A stretch of DNA of 64,000 nt from a bacterium (GTDB taxonomy: Bacteria; Patescibacteriota; Microgenomatia; Levybacterales; UBA12049): NCBI GenBank assembly GCA_021791545.1, contig JAJYWL010000016.1, positions 219,704 through 283,703 on the forward strand. The letters run 5' to 3'. Positions 47,484 to 57,025 of this stretch are shown here, one piece after another. The notes beneath the pieces were generated by a model. The model did no database searches and was not told the DNA's origin. It saw nothing but the letters and a program-made list of their open reading frames with translations. Made by a program: the position numbers and the translations under genes. The stretch's first letter is position 1; every line of letters starts with the position of its first letter.

Positions 47484-50156
47484 ATGCTAAATATATTTGG
47501 AAAATTCTTCGATTCGAATGAAAAAGAAATAACAAAGCTTACTCCTCTAATAGAAGAAATCAATTCATTTGAACAAAAATTTAAGAAATTAAAAGACAGC
47601 GAGTTCCCTAAAAAAACAGAGGAATTTAAAAAAAGGGTTGAAAAGGGAGAATCTTTGGATCTTTTGATGCCCGAAGCTTTTGCTCTTGTCAGAGAGGCGG
47701 CATCAAGGACAATAGGACAAAGACATTATGACGTCCAGTTATTGGCTGCGGCAGTTTTGGCACAGGGTAAAATAGCAGAACAAAAAACAGGAGAAGGAAA
47801 AACATTATCTGCTGTTCCCGCATTATATCTACATGCATTAACAGGAAAGGGAGTTCACCTTGTTACCGTAAACGATTATTTGGCAAGAAGAGACGCGGGT
47901 TGGATGGGTCCTATTTTCCATTTCTTGGGAATGACGACTGCCTCAATGATAAGCGAAGAATCTTTTGTTTACGATCCCGAATTTTCAAACAACAATGCTA
48001 CCGATTTTAGGCTTGTACATTTAAAACCCGTAACAAGGAAAGACGCTTATCAAAGCGATGTCGTGTATGGAATTAATTCCGAATTTGGCTTTGATTACCT
48101 AAGAGACAACATGTCTCAAGATGTCCATTCTTTAGTGCAGAGAGGTTTCTATTATGCTGTTGTCGATGAAGTAGATTCCGTTCTTATTGATGAAGCCAGA
48201 ACTCCCCATATAATTTCTGCACCGGACGAAGAACCTACCCAAAAGTATTATGAATATGCAAAACTTGTCGAAAAATTGAGTCCTGAAACAGACTATAAAA
48301 TTGACGAGAAACTAAAGACAGCACATCTTACCGATCATGGAATAAGTAAGGTTGAAAAGCTTTTTGGAGTCCAGGATATCTACGAAAAAGATTTTGATAC
48401 CGTTTATCATTTGGAGGCAGCTCTTAAGGCAAGAACACTATTCCATAAAGAAAAAGATTACATAGTAAAAGATAACGAGGTAATTCTTGTAGATGAATTT
48501 ACGGGAAGATTAATGGTCGGAAGAAGACTTTCCGAAGGTCTTCATCAGGCAATAGAGGCAAAAGAAGGGGTTACGATTCAAAGAGAATCCAAGACTTTGG
48601 CAACCGTTTCTCTCCAGAATTATTTCAGGATGTATGAAAGACTTGCGGGTATGACAGGTACTGCTGTAACCGAAGCAGAGGAATTCCATAAAATTTATAA
48701 ATTGGATGTAGTTGTAATACCAACTCATAGAGCATTGGTAAGAAAAGATTTGCCTGACGCAATTTATAAAACAGCAAGATCGAAATACACTGCAGTTGCA
48801 AATGAAATAGAAAAAATCCACAAAACCGGACAACCAATCCTTGTTGGAACAACCTCAATAGAGAAAAACGAAATAATATCGGAACTTCTTAGAAGAAAAG
48901 GGATTAAACATGAAACGTTAAATGCAAAAAATCACGAGAGGGAAGCAGAAATTATTTCAATGGCAGGTAAAAAAGGAGCAGTAACCGTTGCAACAAATAT
49001 GGCAGGAAGAGGAGTCGATATTATTTTAGGTGGAGATACGCCAAAACAAGAAGACGGAACAGATAAAAGAGGAACAAAAGAATGGGAAGAATGGGAGAAA
49101 AATCATGACGAAGTCTTAAAGCTCGGCGGCCTTTATGTAATGGGAACAGAAAGACATGAATCAAGAAGAATTGATAACCAGTTAAGAGGAAGATCGGGAA
49201 GACAAGGTGATCCCGGAGTTTCTCAATTCTTCGTAGGTCTTGATGATGAAATAATGAGACTTTTCGGCGGAGACACGATTTCGGGACTTATGACAAGATT
49301 TAACATGCCTGAAGATGTTCCACTGCAGCATCCTTTGGTTTCAAGGGCAATTGAGCAGGCACAGGTAAAAGTTGAAGGATATAACTTTGACATAAGAAAA
49401 CATCTTGTCGAATATGACGATGTTCTAAATAAGCAAAGAGAAATAATCTACAAAAAAAGAAGAACCGTTCTTGAAGCGGGAGAAGGAAAAGAGGGTAAGT
49501 TAAGAGAAGAGATACATGAAAATGTACACGCAACAATTGCCGGCATAGTAAATTTCCAGCAAGAGGACTTTATTGACGGTAAAAGCGCTTCCGAAAAAAT
49601 AACTGAAGAGTTTTCTACTATCATTCCTTTTGACGATGCATCAAGAGAACAGATAGCAAAGCAACTTGAACAGCTACACTCTTTTGAAGAAAAGATTTCT
49701 TTCCTTAATTCGGTCTCGGACGATATCTATAAGAAAAGAGTAGAGCAAATGGGAGAAGAGCTTATGAGACAAATCGAAAGATTTGTAATGCTTTCGGTAA
49801 TAGATAATTTATGGGTAGACCACTTAGATGCTATAGAAAATTTAAGACAAGGAATAGGTCTTAGGGGATACGGTCAAAAAGATCCGTTAGTAGAATATAA
49901 AAATGAAGCTTATGCAATGTTTGAAAAGTTAATAAGTACAATTGATGATGAGATAGTTCACAGGATTTATAAAATCCAGGTAGAACAAGCTCCTCAAATG
50001 GAACAGCCAAAGACAATGGTAGCTCAGGCTGCGGGAGAAAGTGAAGTTCAAAGGACTAAGAAACCTTCTGTTAATGCCAATAAAAAATTGGGAAGAAACG
50101 ATCCATGTTGGTGCGGAAGCGGAAAAAAATATAAAAAGTGCCACTTTCCAAATTAA
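47484..50156 (+). CDS. secA: Protein translocase subunit SecA
   Basis: KTGEGKT, DEVDSVLIDEARTP, TNMAGRG, QLRGRSGRQGDPG, SEC-C GRNDPCWCGSGKKYKKCH. Confidence 0.99.
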   Translation: MLNIFGKFFDSNEKEITKLTPLIEEINSFEQKFKKLKDSEFPKKTEEFKKRVEKGESLDLLMPEAFALVREAASRTIGQRHYDVQLLAAAVLAQGKIAEQKTGEGKTLSAVPALYLHALTGKGVHLVTVNDYLARRDAGWMGPIFHFLGMTTASMISEESFVYDPEFSNNNATDFRLVHLKPVTRKDAYQSDVVYGINSEFGFDYLRDNMSQDVHSLVQRGFYYAVVDEVDSVLIDEARTPHIISAPDEEPTQKYYEYAKLVEKLSPETDYKIDEKLKTAHLTDHGISKVEKLFGVQDIYEKDFDTVYHLEAALKARTLFHKEKDYIVKDNEVILVDEFTGRLMVGRRLSEGLHQAIEAKEGVTIQRESKTLATVSLQNYFRMYERLAGMTGTAVTEAEEFHKIYKLDVVVIPTHRALVRKDLPDAIYKTARSKYTAVANEIEKIHKTGQPILVGTTSIEKNEIISELLRRKGIKHETLNAKNHEREAEIISMAGKKGAVTVATNMAGRGVDIILGGDTPKQEDGTDKRGTKEWEEWEKNHDEVLKLGGLYVMGTERHESRRIDNQLRGRSGRQGDPGVSQFFVGLDDEIMRLFGGDTISGLMTRFNMPEDVPLQHPLVSRAIEQAQVKVEGYNFDIRKHLVEYDDVLNKQREIIYKKRRTVLEAGEGKEGKLREEIHENVHATIAGIVNFQQEDFIDGKSASEKITEEFSTIIPFDDASREQIAKQLEQLHSFEEKISFLNSVSDDIYKKRVEQMGEELMRQIERFVMLSVIDNLWVDHLDAIENLRQGIGLRGYGQKDPLVEYKNEAYAMFEKLISTIDDEIVHRIYKIQVEQAPQMEQPKTMVAQAAGESEVQRTKKPSVNANKKLGRNDPCWCGSGKKYKKCHFPN

Positions 50157-50205
50157 AATAAACCTCAAATTAGCAGTAAAACGGGAAAACATGTAAAATA
50201 AAAGT

Positions 50206-51090
50206 GTGCCGAAGAAAAAGAGCTTAAATTACATAAAGCTTAGGAAGAAATGGGTAAAAAGACAGCTTGAGCTGGAAAAGTCTCTTTTTCAAAAACACAA
50301 GGAATCATTTGAATGGCTTTCTCAAAATGGTAAGCAATTCACAGTTGGAACTCTCGCTGGTATTTTTCTTCTTGCAAGTCCGGCTGTTCCTACAGTAAAC
50401 GCATTAAAAACAGAAGTGGTTGATCCGCAACAGACTCCGGGGAAAGATATAGGAAAACAAAATTTTATTGTCTACGACTTATACAATATTCTGCCTAAAG
50501 AAGTTGCCCCCCTGGATCCTGTTACTGAAGAAAGGGTTGCGGAAGTATTAACAAGAGATTATGGTATAAGTGTTAAACCTTCTATCGGAGATATCAGGCT
50601 CAATACATCATATGGATACATCGGACAAGAACAGCATCTGGCACGCTATCCTGGAGATAATATCTATTCTCATTTTGATACGCAAAACGAAGCATCGGAT
50701 TACTGGTCTTACGGAATGGCTCCGGGCCTTGGTGCTTGGGGATATTTTTCAAACTCACAAAGTGCCATGACTAAAGAGGATGTTTTAAGGGAAAAATATT
50801 ATATCGCAGTACAAACTTTTCTTGCGCCTGGTTTTGAAAAAGATCCAAAGAAATATGTCGATTTTTTTAAGTATAGAAAAATGCTTGTGGTAAATCCTCA
50901 AAACGGAAAAGCTGTAGTAGCGGTAATAGGAGATGCAGGTCCTGCTGCCTGGACGGGAAAACAGCTTGGAGGATCTCCTGAAGTTATGAAATACCTTCAA
51001 AGAGTAGACGGAAGACAGAAGGGTCCTGTTTTATATTACTTTATTGAGGATCCTGAAAATAAGATTCCATTAGGACCTGTAGGTATATAA
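50206..51090 (+). CDS. Conserved hypothetical membrane-anchored protein, possible RlpA-like double-psi barrel
   Basis: MLVVNPQNGKAVVAVIGDAGP resembles RlpA/DPBB. Confidence 0.55.
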   Translation: MPKKKSLNYIKLRKKWVKRQLELEKSLFQKHKESFEWLSQNGKQFTVGTLAGIFLLASPAVPTVNALKTEVVDPQQTPGKDIGKQNFIVYDLYNILPKEVAPLDPVTEERVAEVLTRDYGISVKPSIGDIRLNTSYGYIGQEQHLARYPGDNIYSHFDTQNEASDYWSYGMAPGLGAWGYFSNSQSAMTKEDVLREKYYIAVQTFLAPGFEKDPKKYVDFFKYRKMLVVNPQNGKAVVAVIGDAGPAAWTGKQLGGSPEVMKYLQRVDGRQKGPVLYYFIEDPENKIPLGPVGI

Positions 51091-51092
51091 TT

Positions 51093-51419
51093 ATGAGTAT
51101 GAATAAAAAACATTTCTATGAGCATTTAATAGAAACCTCGGAGCTTAGTCTTTCCTTGGGAGACTTGGAGTTATCGCAGGAAGAAAGAATAGAACTTATC
51201 CATATTGTCAGAAAAAACATGCATTATATTGTCATAGATATTGTCCTCTCAGAGCTTCCCGAGAACGAGAAGAAGGTTTTTCTTAAAAATATGCATGAAG
51301 AAGATAATGAAGTTACATGGAAACATCTGAAGGAAAACATAAAAGACGTTGAAGAAAAAATAAGAGAAGCATCTCGTAAAGCTCTAAGGGAACACATCCG
51401 CGACATTAGGGAAAAATAA
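51093..51419 (+). CDS. Hypothetical helical protein
   Basis: 108-aa ORF coupled to the previous gene. Confidence 0.7.
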   Translation: MSMNKKHFYEHLIETSELSLSLGDLELSQEERIELIHIVRKNMHYIVIDIVLSELPENEKKVFLKNMHEEDNEVTWKHLKENIKDVEEKIREASRKALREHIRDIREK

Positions 51420-51518
51420 ACTCCTAGTTTTGTCTTTCCTAATTCTTACTCAAGTTTTATTACTCTCTGACTATTCTTGCATATTATTGGATGACTTTAA
51501 GGAAAGGGGGTGAATAAA

Positions 51519-51845
51519 ATGGCTGATAATACAAAAAACGATGATGATCAGAAAAAGGACGAAAAAGATCAGGGTTCAAAGGGAGGGCAATCTCAAAAAA
51601 GAGATGAGAATCAGGATATGAACCAAGATGATTTTTCTGATTTGTCCGACGAGGATCTGCGGAGCTCCAAAGGAGGACAAAGTCGTAAAGGCAAAAAAGG
51701 AGGACAGGGATTTGCGTCTATGAACTCTGACGAACTTAAACAAGTTGCCTCTAAAGGAGGAAAAGCCGCCCACAAAAAAGGCACCGCACATGAATTCACA
51801 AGTGAGGAAGCAAGAGCGGCAGGAAGGAAGGGAGGAAGACGTTAA
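51519..51845 (+). CDS. KGG-repeat general stress protein (YciG/GsiB-like hydrophilin)
   Basis: GFASM..ASKGGKAAH..AHEFTSEEARAAGRKGG; strong SD. Confidence 0.9.
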   Translation: MADNTKNDDDQKKDEKDQGSKGGQSQKRDENQDMNQDDFSDLSDEDLRSSKGGQSRKGKKGGQGFASMNSDELKQVASKGGKAAHKKGTAHEFTSEEARAAGRKGGRR

Positions 51846-51852
51846 ATTCAGA

Positions 51853-52362
51853 CTATAAACTACGGGTAGCCATTACAGGTTGCCCGTTTTTATTTTGTTC
51901 AAAATCATAAATACTTAGGGAAGACTCTATTACAGAGTTAGTTAAAAGAATAGATTCTTTAAGTGCTTCAAAAAAATATGCATCGTCTTCTTTTCCGGCG
52001 TCTATAAAGATATGGAAAATCCCCGTTTCTTCTTTGTTCCAATTCCAGCTTGTTCTTCCGTTAAACTCAGCATAATCAAAACCGTTTTGAATTTTTAAGA
52101 GTGAAAGGTTTTCTATAAAGATATGCTCAAAAAGATGTCCTATTTCTGTTTTTACTACCTCTTTTTCAAATGACAAATTTTTATCATTAAAACATTTAGT
52201 CCTTAGAACGGAAGGAAGATTTGATTTTAATATGCTCAACGTTTGGGGGGCCATTTTTGTCGTTACGAAAGATGGGCTAATTGTAAAAACGATATTTGAA
52301 GTATGTTTTTTTTGGGCTATTTTTAAGGAAAAATATTGACAGTTATAAGAAAAGTTTTGCAT
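51853..52362 (-). CDS. Stand-alone cyanophycin synthetase N-domain-like protein
   Basis: LPSV..KC-x18-HLFEH, FNGRT. Confidence 0.6.
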   Translation of the reverse strand: MQNFSYNCQYFSLKIAQKKHTSNIVFTISPSFVTTKMAPQTLSILKSNLPSVLRTKCFNDKNLSFEKEVVKTEIGHLFEHIFIENLSLLKIQNGFDYAEFNGRTSWNWNKEETGIFHIFIDAGKEDDAYFFEALKESILLTNSVIESSLSIYDFEQNKNGQPVMATRSL

Positions 52363-52615
52363 CTAAGATCTTACTAAGTTTTTACATTCTACTTACATGC
52401 ACCCTCAAAAGCAAGCATATTTTTGGGGTAAAATTGTATCAAAATTACTATATTCCCAAATCTTTTATTCTTTCATTTCTCTTACTTTAAATTTCTTCGA
52501 TTCTCATGAGATTTCTCTAATATTTCTGCATGAGCAATAACAATATATTCGGAATATTACATAGTTTCTTAATGTTTTTAATTTCGCCGGTTGAACTGGA
52601 GGGGAGGTGAATAAA

Positions 52616-52864
52616 ATGGACATACTTTTATGGATCGTTTTAGGAGGACTTGCCGGGTGGATCGCATCTTTAATCATGAAGAGCGACCAGGGAATAGTAA
52701 CAGACGTTGTTTTAGGAATCGTGGGAGCTATAATAGGAGGTTTTATAATGAGTTTCCTTGGTCAAGCGGGAGTGACAGGGCTTAACATCTACAGCTTAGT
52801 AGTAGCAGTAGTTGGTTCAGTAGTATTAATCGCTCTTGGCAGAATGATGTATAGAGTTAGATGA
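52616..52864 (+). CDS. GlsB/YeaQ/YmgE family stress membrane protein
   Basis: WIVLGGLAGWIAS, LGIVGAIIGG, AVVGSVVL. Confidence 0.92.
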   Translation: MDILLWIVLGGLAGWIASLIMKSDQGIVTDVVLGIVGAIIGGFIMSFLGQAGVTGLNIYSLVVAVVGSVVLIALGRMMYRVR

Positions 52865-52869
52865 TTCAT

Positions 52870-52904
52870 AACCAAGGATACTCTTAAAAGGGGTATCCTT
52901 GGTT
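52870..52904. terminator. Long hairpin after the GlsB-family gene
   Basis: AACCAAGGATACTCT-TAAA-AGGGGTATCCTTGGTT; no long U tract. Confidence 0.6.
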
Positions 52905-52943
52905 AAATGGCAAAATGAGAAAAAAGAGTCTATAATTCCAACT

Positions 52944-53600
52944 ATGAAAGACATAGATTGGGAAAAGTTGCTGGGAGTGGCAAGTCATAAAATAAAAGGC
53001 CCACTGGCAAGTATGAAGGCAATTGTTCTTTTGGACTCGAGAAAAGTAAAAGACGTTAAGTTAAAAGAAGACCTTTTAAAAATTGAAGAAAGAATAGATA
53101 AATCAAACAAAGCGGCAGACGAGTTGTTTGCCTTACTTTCATTAAAGATGTTAAGACCGCAATTCTCGTATGAAGTATTTGATTTTGATAAATTTGTAGT
53201 TGATCTGATTTCAAACAATAAACTTGAAGAAAGAGTTGAGGTAACAGGAGAAACAGAGAAAGAGGTCATTCACGATAGAGAAAAATTGGAAGAAATAATC
53301 CTTTCAGTAATCAGAAAAGAATTAATTGTTAGTAAAAAAATTTCGATAAATATGAAAAGCGATAAAAAAATAATAACAGTAAGGATAAAAATAAACGGTA
53401 ATAAAATCGATGGCCGTGAAGAAAATAATATGTTCAAGTTAAACTCAGGTCTTGATGACGATCCGTTAGATGTAAGTCTTTATATGGCAACGGAGATAAT
53501 TAAAAAACAGGGCGGGAGGGTTTGGATAAAAATGGATGACGGAAAACTTACCAACTTTCTCTTTAACTTACCGATTAAGGCAAAGCATCCTCAGGTTTAG
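52944..53600 (+). CDS. Degenerate histidine kinase-like protein (HisKA + eroded HATPase)
   Basis: ASHKIKGPL H-box; no recognisable N/G1/G2 boxes; EIIKKQGGRVW tail. Confidence 0.65.
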   Translation: MKDIDWEKLLGVASHKIKGPLASMKAIVLLDSRKVKDVKLKEDLLKIEERIDKSNKAADELFALLSLKMLRPQFSYEVFDFDKFVVDLISNNKLEERVEVTGETEKEVIHDREKLEEIILSVIRKELIVSKKISINMKSDKKIITVRIKINGNKIDGREENNMFKLNSGLDDDPLDVSLYMATEIIKKQGGRVWIKMDDGKLTNFLFNLPIKAKHPQV

Positions 53601-54274
53601 TCTTTTATAGTGTAGCCGAATCCTCTTATAGAGTGAACGAGTTTCTTCTTAAATCCGGAATCGATTTTCTTTCTTAGGTATCCCATGTAGACATCTACAA
53701 TTCTACTTTCAACGTCAAGAGAATAAGACCATATTCTATTGAGTATCATTTCCCTGGTTAGAACAACGCCTTTATTATGCATGAGATATTCAAGTAGTTT
53801 AAACTCATGAGGTGTAAGACTTATTATTTTGTCTCCCCTTTTGACTTGAACCTTTTTTGTATCAAGTTCCAAATCGTCAACTACAATTTTCGATGGGCCT
53901 TCTGCCTTTTGTCTTAATCTTGCTTTTATTCTTGCCAGAAATTCATCGGGAATAAAAGGTTTAGTAATATAATCATCTGCTCCCATTGAAAGTCCCTGGA
54001 CTTTATCGTGTATTGCTGATTTTGCAGTAAGCATAATAATAGGAAGAGAAGGATGATCTTTTCTTACTTCGATACAAACTCCTTCACCGCTCATATCCGG
54101 AAGATTCAAGTCAAGTACTACCAAGTCAGGTTCGAGTTTATTAATGAGATTTATTGCGTTTATTCCCTTTGAGACCGCTTGAACAGAATATCCGTTTTTT
54201 GTCAGGATACTCTTTAAGTATTGTTGGAAATCTTTGTCATCTTCAACAATAAGAATATTGGAATTCATGGTCAT
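53597..54274 (-). CDS. OmpR/PhoB family response regulator
   Basis: ILIVEDD, LDLNLPD, GADDYITKPF, VDVYMGYLRKKI, IRGFGY. Confidence 0.95.
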   Translation of the reverse strand: MTMNSNILIVEDDKDFQQYLKSILTKNGYSVQAVSKGINAINLINKLEPDLVVLDLNLPDMSGEGVCIEVRKDHPSLPIIMLTAKSAIHDKVQGLSMGADDYITKPFIPDEFLARIKARLRQKAEGPSKIVVDDLELDTKKVQVKRGDKIISLTPHEFKLLEYLMHNKGVVLTREMILNRIWSYSLDVESRIVDVYMGYLRKKIDSGFKKKLVHSIRGFGYTIKD

Positions 54275-54325
54275 AAGTATATACGTATATAGGCTAATAT
54301 GCAAGTTTTATAAGCCTGAGTTAAA

Positions 54326-54652
54326 TTAAAAATATTTTTTCCAAAAAGGCATTTTATATAATGAATAATCAAGATCTACAGTTTTAAGATTTATAAAAAC
54401 CACTCCCTCTTTTATTAATTTTTCGCGTTGTTTTTTTATTCCTCCAAAAGCATAACCGTTTGCTATGGTTCCATTATTTTTAACAACTCTATGGCAAGGA
54501 ATGATATCCGGAAACTTATTTGCATGTAGAGCAAATCCTACAATTCTAGGATCTGTTCCCGAGACCTGTGCAACTATCTTATATGTAAGCACTTTCCCTT
54601 TGGGTATGCTTTTAACTACACGATACACTTTTTCAAAAATTTTTCCATCCAT
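54326..54652 (-). CDS. MGMT/Ogt family alkylated-DNA repair protein (DNA-binding domain only)
   Basis: IPKGKVLTY, PRIVG.AL, IPCHRVV. Confidence 0.88.
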   Translation of the reverse strand: MDGKIFEKVYRVVKSIPKGKVLTYKIVAQVSGTDPRIVGFALHANKFPDIIPCHRVVKNNGTIANGYAFGGIKKQREKLIKEGVVFINLKTVDLDYSLYKMPFWKKYF

Positions 54653-54740
54653 AAAATTAGTAGTTGTTCCGAGGAAGTTTGAGTTTCTGTTTTCCAAAAT
54701 TATTCTACCTTAAGTTTTGAAAAAAATAAAGTAGTCAAAT

Positions 54741-55844
54741 TTAAATATCTTCATTTTCTACTGTAGGAACAAGAAGCTTTCCTTCAATAGGCGAGTTTAA
54801 TGCTATAAAGCATCTGTCCGCAGGTAAGTCTAGTTTATCTCTTCTTATATATCCTAGAGCATAAGCTATGTTGTCTCGAAATACTACTTTTTCTTTTCGA
54901 CTTAAGCCTTTCTCAAGATTTTTTGATGGTAATTCTCTATACCTTTGAAGACTTGGGGTTCTTGCGACAGTAGCGATTTGGTTTTGTGCGAGACGTATTA
55001 TTGCAGAACCGGCACCTCTTCCTGCCACTTTTTTTATTACTGTTCCTTCGGGAGCATTTGCATCAAGTCCGGTAAGTTCTATGTGATATTGTCTAAGAAT
55101 TTTTAGTGCTTCCTCGTCGTTTGCCGCTCCTGCCACTTTTGTTCTAATCTCCTCTGCCTTTTTTACAACTAAAGGATGTCCTACTAAATAGAGAAAAAAT
55201 ATTTCATTATATTCTTCGGGTTGTTTTCTGGTTTGGTTAGCAAGTTTCATTAAGGTTGAAAGAGTCATGTCTTTTCCTCCTTTTTCAACAGAGCCTATTC
55301 CAGCACATTCGACAAGAAGTATTTCTTCCGGGGGTGGAATTTCTTCTAGATCTTCTTTGCGATAAAACCTATCCCTAAAATTTCTCCATTCTGCGTCTCC
55401 CCAATTTTCGGGAGGATTTTGATAAAATTCTCCCACATCTTTTAGAAGAGGACTCAAAGAAAGTCTTGAAGGTGGCATTGCATTCATAATGTCTTGGTAG
55501 AACATATCGCTAAGAGCATGCCATTCATCTTCATCTAAATCTATTGTTTTTTTCTTATCGACCTGTTTGAGAAATTTAGGTACTGTTTCCGAAATAGCGA
55601 AAACTCTTATTTTAGGAGGCTTGGGATAAATTCTTCTTATTTGGTCTTTATATTGTTCAATTACCGTTGTTTTTCCAGCACCCGTAATTCCGGAAATTAC
55701 AATACATCTTAAGTATCTTGAAACAAACGGAGCCTCAAGGAGGAGTTCTGCGATGGGTTCATCGGTTCCGAAACTTCTTAAACCATAGAGAACTTCATGA
55801 CTGTGTGTGCTTTTTTCAGGTGAAAAATTATGTTCTCTTTCCAT
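54741..55844 (-). CDS. Hypothetical P-loop NTPase/kinase-like protein
   Basis: IVISGITGAGKTT Walker A, LLVE Walker B-like. Confidence 0.65.
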   Translation of the reverse strand: MEREHNFSPEKSTHSHEVLYGLRSFGTDEPIAELLLEAPFVSRYLRCIVISGITGAGKTTVIEQYKDQIRRIYPKPPKIRVFAISETVPKFLKQVDKKKTIDLDEDEWHALSDMFYQDIMNAMPPSRLSLSPLLKDVGEFYQNPPENWGDAEWRNFRDRFYRKEDLEEIPPPEEILLVECAGIGSVEKGGKDMTLSTLMKLANQTRKQPEEYNEIFFLYLVGHPLVVKKAEEIRTKVAGAANDEEALKILRQYHIELTGLDANAPEGTVIKKVAGRGAGSAIIRLAQNQIATVARTPSLQRYRELPSKNLEKGLSRKEKVVFRDNIAYALGYIRRDKLDLPADRCFIALNSPIEGKLLVPTVENEDI

Positions 55845-56985
55845 GTTTCAAGGATGGCAGTATAAGTCGAATGGTAGTTCCCTTATCTTTTTTTGAATCT
55901 ATTATTATGTCACCCTTGTGCGTGTCAATTATTCTTTTGGAAAGATAAAGACCCAATCCCATTCCTTCTTTTGTGTTATCTTTAGCTTTATAAAATTCTT
56001 CAAAAATGTTTTGTAGGTCTTTTTTGGGAATTCCTTTTCCTTTATCACTTACTTCAAAAAGAAGTTTTTTATCCTCTTCGCGAACATTTATAATTATTTT
56101 AGATTTCATCGGAGAGTGCTTAGCGGCATTATCTAAAAGATTTGTAAAGACTTCGATAAGTTTACTCTGGTCTCCATATATTTTTAGAGGTCCATCGCAG
56201 CAATTTAGGATTACTTCTCTTTGGGGAAACTTGGATTTAAAATTGGTGATTGATTTCTCAATAATATCTTTTGGATTAAGTTCCTCAAAATGATAACTTA
56301 ATTTCCCTTTTCTTATTTGGTTTATCTCTAATAATTCATTGGTAAGAAAGGTAAGTCTATTTAATTCTTCGTTTATTGTGTCAATCCATTTGGGGTCGAA
56401 TTTTTCATTTCGTTCAATCTTTCTCTTAATAAGCTGACTGTATGTGAAAGCAGTTGTTATTGGAGTTCTCAACTCATGTGCAGCCAATGAAATAAATAAA
56501 TCTCTAACTCTTAAAGAGTCTTTAACTTCCGCATAAAGAGAAGCTTTTCTTATTGCAAGACTTGATAGAGTTCCCATAAACTGAAGCTTATCTTTATCTT
56601 CCTCTGTAAAATTTTTCTTTCTTGATATTACCGAAAGAACACCTATTGGTTTTTTCCCATACATAAGGGGAACGATTACTGAGGATTTCATTTTTAGTTT
56701 TTTAAATTCGGGATGAGCATCCAGTGCCTCTTCATGATTTACGATTAACCCCTTTTTTGTTTCGTAAACTTTCTTTATAAATCCGTCTTTTCTAGGTTTA
56801 ACTTTAAATCGGGGGTGGGTGGTGAATACTCTTTTAAAACTATTTCTTTCTTCAAGATTTATTGTGCAGAAATCGGCATTGACTAATTCCATAGCCGCAT
56901 TTGCAATCCTTTTATAGGTTTGCTTTAGGGAAAGAGGGCTAAGAAATTCAAAAGCATAATTATAGGTATCTTTTAAATAGTCCAT
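55828..56985 (-). CDS. Cytoplasmic GAF-domain sensor histidine kinase
   Basis: GAF domain (IVPLMYGKKPIGVL), AHELRTP, NLLDNAAK, DKGKGI, GMGLGLY. Confidence 0.93.
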   Translation of the reverse strand: MDYLKDTYNYAFEFLSPLSLKQTYKRIANAAMELVNADFCTINLEERNSFKRVFTTHPRFKVKPRKDGFIKKVYETKKGLIVNHEEALDAHPEFKKLKMKSSVIVPLMYGKKPIGVLSVISRKKNFTEEDKDKLQFMGTLSSLAIRKASLYAEVKDSLRVRDLFISLAAHELRTPITTAFTYSQLIKRKIERNEKFDPKWIDTINEELNRLTFLTNELLEINQIRKGKLSYHFEELNPKDIIEKSITNFKSKFPQREVILNCCDGPLKIYGDQSKLIEVFTNLLDNAAKHSPMKSKIIINVREEDKKLLFEVSDKGKGIPKKDLQNIFEEFYKAKDNTKEGMGLGLYLSKRIIDTHKGDIIIDSKKDKGTTIRLILPSLKHGKRT

Positions 56986-57025
56986 ATTATTTGATTTGCC
57001 CCTATTATAGTCCTATAAGGCAAAT

